Assembly: GCA_002713205.1 (NCBI GenBank)
Contig: PAVW01000006.1
Location: 4,779 to 68,778, forward strand
Length of the DNA: 64,000 nt
Direction of reading: 5' to 3'
Source: Nitrososphaerota archaeon
GTDB lineage: Archaea > Thermoproteota > Nitrososphaeria > Nitrososphaerales > UBA57
In this document: positions 36,830-44,269 of the stretch, piece after piece
Position numbering within the stretch: the stretch's first letter is position 1
How the letters are laid out: every line of letters begins with the position of its first letter
Position numbers and translations under genes: made by a program
The notes under the pieces: model-generated
The model's database searches: none
Seen by the model: only the letters and a program-made list of their open reading frames with translations
What the model was told of the DNA's origin: nothing

Positions 36830-39470
36830 CTTGTTCTAATAGAAATGAATGAGAAAGGAGTGTTTCACCTTTTGTTGTTTGGTTGTAAAGTATTCCCATT
36901 TCCTTAAAATTGTCTAAATCCGAAGGAGATGCTTTTGCAGCAATAATGAGAAATCTCATTGTCCAAGGATCATCAGAATCAACTTCTCTAATATAGATGC
37001 TTTTAGATGCATCTTTACTTACATAGCCCGCAAGCATGGTTTTTGCTTCAGAATCTAAATCAGAATCCCAAATACCACGCGGACTAACTACAGTAAACCA
37101 CAGGTAATCAGTGCGATATTTTGAAGTCAACCCGAGAGTAGCAGGAATTCGAAAGATTCCCAAAGCACTTGCTAAATATTCTTTCAAATGTTTGCGATCA
37201 ATAATCTCATTGAGCATATTTTCCTGAGTTAAAGAAGCTTCATCTTCAAGTAAAATACGTTGCATAATTTTTAGTTGTTCACCTTCAGTTAGTTCTGCGA
37301 CACGATCATAATAACCTCGATCTCTCATAGTTTCATTCATTTTTTCATAGTAAGAATTTTCAAAAGTAGTAGCTTCAGTTAACATTTTTCTATAATTAGA
37401 AGCTACTTCAAATTTTCTTTCAATATTAGTATAAGCAGAGAGTTTATTTTCAAGGATCTGTCTTTCACCACTTACAGCATTAATTTGTTGATCAATAAGA
37501 TGCAATTCATGTTCTAAATCAGAAGATTTACTTTGCATAATTTTTTTGCGCGGTCCTAGAAACCCAAATCGAATCTTTTTTGCCTGTCCACCAACACGAT
37601 CTTTTTCCTGGGTTCTACTTTTCTGTTTTATTAATAATGATTCTTCATGTGTACGAAGAGTATCTAATCTTTCAGATATAATACGTTTCATTACTTGACA
37701 ATCACTTAATCGCGCATCAAGAGTTTTAACTTCTAATGAAATAGGGGAAAGAAGAGAAGATAATAAAGCAAAATTAATAACAAGTTCTGGATTAGATATT
37801 CTGGAAACAGATTCTTTCATACGATCATGTAATTCACTCTGATCGAGTTTATCAATAGTTTTAGATAATTTATCGGACAAATTATGAATTTGTAAGTAAA
37901 GTTTCAGACCGTCAAGATAATAATTTATTAATCCAATTAAATTAATTGTATCATTAATAATTTGTAATTGTCGAGGAGTTAAACTTTGAGCACTAGGGAG
38001 AGTTGATTGAAGATCTTCAGTGAGTGTTTTTACTTTTTCTTGTAATTTTTGATAATTTTGAGAGAGATTAAGGCTCAATGAGACCATTTCTTCAGAAAGA
38101 GATCGTATTCTAGATTCAACTGTGCCGTCTACAGCATTTAATCCTATGGACAAAACAGATTTCGATAAATCCGTGATTAGACTTCTAACTGAATCTTCGA
38201 CCCCTCGAATATGCATAACAAGATCAGCGTCCATAGATGTCCCCTCACCAAGAAAACTCTGTACGGTCGATTCAAACCTTGATTCGTCATAAGTGTTTTT
38301 TTCAATAAGAAGTCGTCGATATATAGATTTTAATTCAAGAAAATCTGAGTCGAAGATTGTTTTCAAACCAAAAGTTTCTTTTGTTCCATTATAAATATCT
38401 AATTTTTCCCGTCGTAATTCTCGAAGTCTATCGAGTTTATCTAGATAGATTTTTGTGAGATCAATAAATTCAGCAACAGGATAAGAAACTTTTAGAGTTG
38501 ACATAACATTGACCCATTTCCCATCTAAATCAACATTAGAACCAATATTACTAAATAAATCGGCTAAATCAAAGTTTAATGATTTCATTAGAATATCAAC
38601 AATAGCTTCATCAACTAATTTTCTAGCATCTAGTACACTACCAGCTCTGCTATAAGCAGGACCTAAGGACATCATAAGAAATGCAGTAAATGGATTTTGA
38701 TATGTATCCCCATATTTACTAGTAATTTTATGATTTAATGATCTATCAATTGCAAATTCATGCTCTAACAATGCAGCATAGCTAGCAGCGCCTTTTGCAG
38801 GAGGATCATCACCACTACAAGGCAATATAGTTAAACCAATTATAGGAATTCCACTACCTATTTTTTTACGTAGATGTCGTGTAAAATCTAGTGCAGTGCC
38901 ACTTCCAGAACCACCGCCAAGTCCATAAATAATAAATATAATTGGTTGTACTGTAGAAGTAAAAACATGTTCCTTAAATTTATCCATATAACCATCAACA
39001 AGTTTTAGATGGTGATAATTTAAACCGTATATTGCTTTAGAAAGTGCACGTTTTCTTCCCACACCACCAGCTAAAGGAGGTATTTCCATTGAAGAGGAAA
39101 GCCAAGGAATATAGTTATCTGGTACTTTTACACCTTCTCTTTGTAAAAATTCAGGATAATTTTGGATAAAATCAAACATAGATTCAGGAGTTGGGAATTT
39201 CATTGTCTTGCTAACCAATTTAATTTTATCAGCAGGAATATTATTAATCTTCAAATCGTCACCAAGTCTCTTATATGCCATATCAAGGCTACGAATGTCG
39301 TGATCAGCAACGTCCAATGATAAGAGAGATACCTTAACCCCTTCAATTTTTAGGAGGTCGATAAGATCAGATTTATTTTTAATAAATGCCTCAATTACAT
39401 TAGCACCAGTTCCTCCTAATCCAATTATCTGTATAGAATTCGTATAACTGCGAGCTTTGTTTTCTGACAA
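36765..39470 (-). CDS. FtsZ/tubulin-superfamily GTPase fused to a long coiled coil and a C-terminal globular domain
   Basis: 901 aa. T1 is IIGLGGTGANV (39399-39422). T3-like segment is LAGGVGRKRALSKA. The T4 tubulin signature is GLGGGSGSG (38898-38924). The T7-like segment is LNFDLADLFSNI (38559-38576), about 110 aa after T4 as in FtsZ. Residues ~330-720 are heptad-rich. Residues ~720-901 look globular. Confidence 0.75.
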   Translation of the reverse strand: MSENKARSYTNSIQIIGLGGTGANVIEAFIKNKSDLIDLLKIEGVKVSLLSLDVADHDIRSLDMAYKRLGDDLKINNIPADKIKLVSKTMKFPTPESMFDFIQNYPEFLQREGVKVPDNYIPWLSSSMEIPPLAGGVGRKRALSKAIYGLNYHHLKLVDGYMDKFKEHVFTSTVQPIIFIIYGLGGGSGSGTALDFTRHLRKKIGSGIPIIGLTILPCSGDDPPAKGAASYAALLEHEFAIDRSLNHKITSKYGDTYQNPFTAFLMMSLGPAYSRAGSVLDARKLVDEAIVDILMKSLNFDLADLFSNIGSNVDLDGKWVNVMSTLKVSYPVAEFIDLTKIYLDKLDRLRELRREKLDIYNGTKETFGLKTIFDSDFLELKSIYRRLLIEKNTYDESRFESTVQSFLGEGTSMDADLVMHIRGVEDSVRSLITDLSKSVLSIGLNAVDGTVESRIRSLSEEMVSLSLNLSQNYQKLQEKVKTLTEDLQSTLPSAQSLTPRQLQIINDTINLIGLINYYLDGLKLYLQIHNLSDKLSKTIDKLDQSELHDRMKESVSRISNPELVINFALLSSLLSPISLEVKTLDARLSDCQVMKRIISERLDTLRTHEESLLIKQKSRTQEKDRVGGQAKKIRFGFLGPRKKIMQSKSSDLEHELHLIDQQINAVSGERQILENKLSAYTNIERKFEVASNYRKMLTEATTFENSYYEKMNETMRDRGYYDRVAELTEGEQLKIMQRILLEDEASLTQENMLNEIIDRKHLKEYLASALGIFRIPATLGLTSKYRTDYLWFTVVSPRGIWDSDLDSEAKTMLAGYVSKDASKSIYIREVDSDDPWTMRFLIIAAKASPSDLDNFKEMGILYNQTTKGETLLSHSFLLEQGVHISPDHQLTTTEKIEDTDS

Positions 39471-39478
39471 CTATATCA

Positions 39479-40408
39479 CTACTCTAAATGTTCAAGTTCC
39501 TTTTTAATACTTTCAATTTCAGTTGCTAGTTCCTTATCAATTCGTTGTGCGCGAACTAATACAAGATCAAGTCGATTTGCTTTGTCATTCACATAGCTAA
39601 CTAAAAATGAATTTGAAGTACGAGCACGATAAAATAGAAATGCTAGAATTAATGAAATAAGTGCAAAAGAAATAGAAGCTGCCATATACAAAGTTGTAGT
39701 CATAGGCGGTTCAGGGAAATCAGAATTAGGGATAGTAGAAAGAAGAACAATTGCATCATCATAAAAACCAAAAGAAGTTAATGTCTCTGCTTCATTAACA
39801 ATACTAAGTGCTAATTCAGAATACTTAGCATCCATACTGGTTTCAGATAATATTTTACGTTTATCAGATAACAAATTTTCATAAGTAATAATTGTCTGAT
39901 CGGTAATTGTGTAAGTTTTATCATCAAGAATCTCCATAGACTCTAATGAAAGAATCAAAATAGAAAATTGTTGCAAAGAATGAACAGTTTTTTGTATATC
40001 TTGAAGTTGTTGTTCAGTTATATCACCAGGAATCATACCATTGAGAGTAAATTCTGCAATTCCTTCCTTAGCTTGAAACATAATTGATTGTGAACCAGGA
40101 GTCCACGTTGAAGTATCTACACCAGCATAATTATTTTCCAATGTCCAAAATTCATTTCCTGATTTTTCCATACTAGTAGAAAGTAAAATATTATCACTGA
40201 GTGTTGCACCAATTTCTATAGTAAACTTAACAGTATATGCACCACCAGCAACAAGAGACTTGTCTGTAATGTCATTTCCATTTGGATCCAATACAACAAA
40301 ACTAGATAGAACTGCGGGTGCTTGTTCAAAGGAAAGAGGAATTTGAAAACAACAAGTCAATAACAAGAAGAATAATAGTGCAGAAACAAAATTTAATTTT
40401 AAATTCAT
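39479..40408 (-). CDS. Bitopic membrane protein with signal peptide, extracytoplasmic beta-rich domain, TM helix and short helical cytoplasmic tail
   Basis: 309 aa. Leader is FVSALLFFLLLTCCFQIP; TM helix is TLYMAASISFALISLILAFLFY; the tail ends RIDKELATEIESIKKELEHLE. Its stop lies 8 nt upstream of the 901-aa gene start. Confidence 0.55.
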   Translation of the reverse strand: MNLKLNFVSALLFFLLLTCCFQIPLSFEQAPAVLSSFVVLDPNGNDITDKSLVAGGAYTVKFTIEIGATLSDNILLSTSMEKSGNEFWTLENNYAGVDTSTWTPGSQSIMFQAKEGIAEFTLNGMIPGDITEQQLQDIQKTVHSLQQFSILILSLESMEILDDKTYTITDQTIITYENLLSDKRKILSETSMDAKYSELALSIVNEAETLTSFGFYDDAIVLLSTIPNSDFPEPPMTTTLYMAASISFALISLILAFLFYRARTSNSFLVSYVNDKANRLDLVLVRAQRIDKELATEIESIKKELEHLE

Positions 40409-40483
40409 AATGATGTATGTTTTTATTCAAATATATGTTTTAAGTATTTAATGATGAAAATACTGAATTATAGAACTGTCAAT

Positions 40484-40978
40484 CTATTCAATTAACGAAA
40501 ACGCTAATCTAACAGCATCATAAGCGTCATTTGCAACTAAATATCTATGTTCTGCAAATCCAATTGGAGTATTTACGAACCAATCGACAACACCGCCAGT
40601 ATTCTGTATTATAATAACAGGTTTATTTAGATTCAATGCAAGAGAAAGTTCAGAGAGCGTACCCCAACTTCCAGATATACCAATAACTGCATCCGCTACA
40701 CTCACCACAAAAAAATTTCTAATTTTACCAATTGATGTAGGTATACATATATCAATGAATTGATTTGCTGCATTAATATTGTCATCTGGTAATATACCCA
40801 CTGTAATTCCATTGTATTTTTTAGCGCCGCGAGATGCACATTCCATAACACCACCAAGACCACCACAAACAAGTATACCATTCTTTTTCGCAATCTCGAT
40901 TCCAACTTTTTCTGCAATATCACTAATGTGAGTTGAAGAAACTTCATTACTTCCACAAACAGCAATTTTTTTTCTCAA
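40484..40978 (-). CDS. TIGR00725/LOG-family Rossmann-fold protein
   Basis: 164 aa with GGLGGVMECASRGA and SGSWGTLSELS (a PGGxGTxxE-like motif). Confidence 0.7.
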   Translation of the reverse strand: MRKKIAVCGSNEVSSTHISDIAEKVGIEIAKKNGILVCGGLGGVMECASRGAKKYNGITVGILPDDNINAANQFIDICIPTSIGKIRNFFVVSVADAVIGISGSWGTLSELSLALNLNKPVIIIQNTGGVVDWFVNTPIGFAEHRYLVANDAYDAVRLAFSLIE

Positions 40979-40981
40979 TGA

Positions 40982-41461
40982 CTAATCAGATACACTATAT
41001 TTTCCACGATAATAAATTAATGGTTTAGAATTTTTGTTTAGACCTAACTTAATAACTCTACCAACAAAAATATGATGATCTCCTGATAAAAAAACAGAAT
41101 CAACTTTACAGTCAATAAAAGCTAAAGCATTAATTAAAACCGGAGATCCACTAGTCCTATATTTCCATAGGTCATCATCAAATCTATTTTCCTTAGTTTT
41201 TGGATCGGCAAATTTTTGGCTAAGATTTTTTTGTTTATCAGTTAAAATATTCACAGTAAAAATTTTACTTTGTTTAATAAGTTTATAAGATTCAGCTTTA
41301 GTGTCAATACAAATTAAAACTAATGGAGGTGTTAAAGAAACGGACGTGAAAGCATTAACTGTTAAGCCATGAATTCTTCCATTTAATGAAGTTGTAACAA
41401 TGGTCACTCCTGTAGCAAAACATCCCAAAACAGTTTTAAATTTTTTAGAAGTAATAGGCAT
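40982..41461 (-). CDS. Flavin reductase-like FMN-binding protein
   Basis: 159 aa with FKTVLGCFATGVTIVTT and the overall Flavin_Reduct pattern. Confidence 0.75.
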   Translation of the reverse strand: MPITSKKFKTVLGCFATGVTIVTTSLNGRIHGLTVNAFTSVSLTPPLVLICIDTKAESYKLIKQSKIFTVNILTDKQKNLSQKFADPKTKENRFDDDLWKYRTSGSPVLINALAFIDCKVDSVFLSGDHHIFVGRVIKLGLNKNSKPLIYYRGKYSVSD

Positions 41462-41546
41462 GAATTGGTATTATATTCGATTAATTACAATATATATTTA
41501 AACAATTCAGGAAACTTTTTCTCGAAGATTTACCTAATATCATAAA

Positions 41547-41774
41547 ATGACTCAATGTGTAAAATGTAATTATGATAAAAAAGGCATAGAATCACTCGTT
41601 TTTCAAGGTGAAATCTGGAATAAGATAAGGAATAACATATGCATGGACTGCTGGAGCGAATGGGAAGATGATATGCAAATGAAAGTAATGAATGAATACA
41701 CCTTAGACTTATCAAATAAACAACATAGAAAATATTTAACAGAGAAAATGAAAGAGTTTTTAAGTTTAAATTAA
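41547..41774 (+). CDS. yggX: YggX-like Fe(2+)-trafficking / oxidative-damage protection protein
   Basis: 75 aa. It aligns by eye with E. coli YggX: C-x..G(E)(I/L)..(K)I.N.I....W..W......(V/L)(M/I)NE..L(D/N)(L/M).N..HRK.L...M..FL. Confidence 0.7.
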   Translation: MTQCVKCNYDKKGIESLVFQGEIWNKIRNNICMDCWSEWEDDMQMKVMNEYTLDLSNKQHRKYLTEKMKEFLSLN

Positions 41775-41775
41775 T

Positions 41776-44058
41776 TCATTGTAATATTTGTTTACGTAAA
41801 ACATTAAGAGCTGAACCTTCTTTGAACCAGTTGATTTGAGATTTAGTGTAAGTATGTTTCAACAAAAGTTTTTCGTGAGTTTTATCTTGATGTTTAACTA
41901 TAGCTTCTAGATTTTGATTTTCACTAAAGTGTTCAAGATCAAGGATGTCAATCAAATCATTTTCTTGAATAACATCATAATTATTTTCATTAACAAATGT
42001 AAGAGTTAAAATTCCTTGTTTTTTAAGATTTGTTTCATGAATACGGGCAAAACTTTTTGCAATAACTACTGTACAGCCAAGATAACGAGGAGACATTGCA
42101 GCATGTTCCCTACTGCTCCCTTCACCATAATTATCTTCACCAATAATCATCCAAGAGATTTTATTTTTCTTATAATATCTGGCAATAGAAGAAAATGCTT
42201 CAATATTTCCTGTAATTTGATTTTTACCCATACCAATGGAATTATGAAAAGAATTTGCAGCACCAATCAATAAATTATCACTAATGTTATCTAGATGACC
42301 ACGAAACTTCAACCAAGAACCTGCTGGAGATATATGATCTGTTGTGCATTTACCTTTTATTTTTCCTAAAATGATTAAATTAGAATAATTTTTACTGTTC
42401 CATGAATCAAATTGGTCTAAGACCTGCAACCTTTTACTATTTTTAGCGATGAGTATTTCAAATTCTGATTTATTAGATTGTGGAGGTATATACAAATCAC
42501 TAGACCAAACAAACCCGTTTTTTGGTATATCAGAAACCGGAGGAGGCGGTTTTAATTTAAATTTAGAACCATCATTAGCAATGAGATAATCTTTAGTTGG
42601 ATTGAATGATAATCGACCTGCAAGAGATAATGCAACTACTATTTCAGGACTAGCCATGAAACTCATAGTTTCTCTACTGCCATCATTTCGCCCAGGAAAA
42701 TTTCTATTAAAGGATGTAAGAATAGTATTTTTCTGATTTTTTATTTCAGGTCTATTCCATTGACCAATACAAGGGCCACAAGCATTAGCAAGTACAGTAG
42801 CGCCAATTGATTCAAGATTATACAATTGCCCATCTCGTTCAATTGTAGCTCGAATTTGTTCTGAACCAGGGGTAATTAATAAAGGAACGGATGTTTTAAT
42901 ATTCTTATCAACTGCTTGTAGAGCTATGCTTGATACTCTTCCCATATCTTCATACGACGAATTAGTACAACTTCCAATAAGCCCAACTGAAATTTCATCA
43001 ATATAATCATTAGTACGGACATCATCAGCAAGTTGAGAAATAGGGCGAGCTAGATCAGGAGTATGCGGGCCAACAACATATGGTTCAAGATCAGATAAGT
43101 TGATTTCAATAACCCTTTTAAAATATTTGGTAGGATTATTTTCAATTTCTTTGTCAATAGTAAAAAGATTATAATATTTATTGATAAGATTAGAAATTGA
43201 TTTTCGATTTGTGTGATTAAGATAATTTATCATGGTTTCATCTAAAGGAAAAATAGAAGAAGTAGCACCAATTTCAGCTCCCATATTTGTAATAGTTGCT
43301 TTACCAGTGCAGCTAATTGATTTTGTTCCAGGACCAAAATATTCAATAATGCAATTTGTTGCACCTGAAACAGTTAAGATAGATGTGAGATATAGAATTA
43401 TATCCTTAGGAGAAGTCCAGCCATTTAATTCACCAGTCAGATATACACCAATTCGCTCAGGATACAAAATTTCCCAATTAAATCCTGCCATAACTTCGGA
43501 CGCATCTATACCTCCTACACCAATACCCATCATTCCTAAACCACCAGAATTTGGTGTATGTGAATCGGTGCCAATAATTAGACCTCCAGGAAATGCATAA
43601 TTTTCAAGTAAAACTTGATGTATTATACCAGCACCTGGTTTCCAAAATCCGATACCAAATTTCTTAGATGCTGATTCAAGAAATTTATACACTTCATTGT
43701 TTTCAAAAAGAGCTCGTTTGATATCAGAGCTAGCTGAGACCTTAGCCTGAATTAAATGATCACAATGTAGGGTAGTAGGAACTAATACTTTAGAAAGTTT
43801 AGATTGCATAAATTGTAAGAGAACCATCTGCCCAGAAGCATCTTGTAATGCTACTCTGTCAGGTTTTATAAATATATAATCGCGACCAGGGGTAAGAGAA
43901 TCAAATTTAGGTTCAGATAAATGTCCAATAAAAAGTTTTTCAGCAAGTGTAAGTGGTTTGGAATCATATTCTTGAAATTTCTGAATATTTAATTGTATTT
44001 TATCGTAAATCCCTTTAATTAATGATATAGGAGTCATATCTTGCATTTTACTAATCAA
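41776..44058 (-). CDS. acn: Aconitate hydratase, mitochondrial-type (~760 aa)
   Basis: Motifs IIHQVLLENYAFPGGLIIGTDSHTPN, GSCTNSSYEDM, NACGPCIGQW, GKCTTDHISPAGSWLKFRGHLDNIS and NYGEGSSREHAA...FARIHETNLKKQG. Confidence 0.95.
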   Translation of the reverse strand: MISKMQDMTPISLIKGIYDKIQLNIQKFQEYDSKPLTLAEKLFIGHLSEPKFDSLTPGRDYIFIKPDRVALQDASGQMVLLQFMQSKLSKVLVPTTLHCDHLIQAKVSASSDIKRALFENNEVYKFLESASKKFGIGFWKPGAGIIHQVLLENYAFPGGLIIGTDSHTPNSGGLGMMGIGVGGIDASEVMAGFNWEILYPERIGVYLTGELNGWTSPKDIILYLTSILTVSGATNCIIEYFGPGTKSISCTGKATITNMGAEIGATSSIFPLDETMINYLNHTNRKSISNLINKYYNLFTIDKEIENNPTKYFKRVIEINLSDLEPYVVGPHTPDLARPISQLADDVRTNDYIDEISVGLIGSCTNSSYEDMGRVSSIALQAVDKNIKTSVPLLITPGSEQIRATIERDGQLYNLESIGATVLANACGPCIGQWNRPEIKNQKNTILTSFNRNFPGRNDGSRETMSFMASPEIVVALSLAGRLSFNPTKDYLIANDGSKFKLKPPPPVSDIPKNGFVWSSDLYIPPQSNKSEFEILIAKNSKRLQVLDQFDSWNSKNYSNLIILGKIKGKCTTDHISPAGSWLKFRGHLDNISDNLLIGAANSFHNSIGMGKNQITGNIEAFSSIARYYKKNKISWMIIGEDNYGEGSSREHAAMSPRYLGCTVVIAKSFARIHETNLKKQGILTLTFVNENNYDVIQENDLIDILDLEHFSENQNLEAIVKHQDKTHEKLLLKHTYTKSQINWFKEGSALNVLRKQILQ

Positions 44059-44269
44059 TATTAAATTTTAATATCTAGTTAAAATAGTTTCCTTGATAGC
44101 AATTCGAGTAAAGGTTAAAAGAAAAAACCAGTATTATGGTTATTATGAATATTGGAGAATTTTTCGGCTTTATTAATAATTCATTAATTATGCTTTTCAT
44201 AATTTCAATTGTTTTAATTTTTGTCTATGAATATCAATCTAATAAAACTGAGAAAATTTAGATGAATAT

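Noticed and set aside
40451-40466. C/D-box sRNA-like ATGATGA ... CTGA in the intergenic region upstream of the cluster
   Set aside because: Only 5 nt separate the boxes, there is no second C'/D pair and no terminal stem. This is not compatible with a C/D box guide RNA.
44136-44261. 41-aa ORF (MVIMNIGEFFGFINNSLIMLFIISIVLIFVYEYQSNKTEKI) with one hydrophobic helix upstream of lhr
   Set aside because: This could be a small membrane protein. There is no supporting motif, and AT-rich intergenic DNA readily yields Ile/Phe/Leu-rich short ORFs, so there is not enough evidence to call it.
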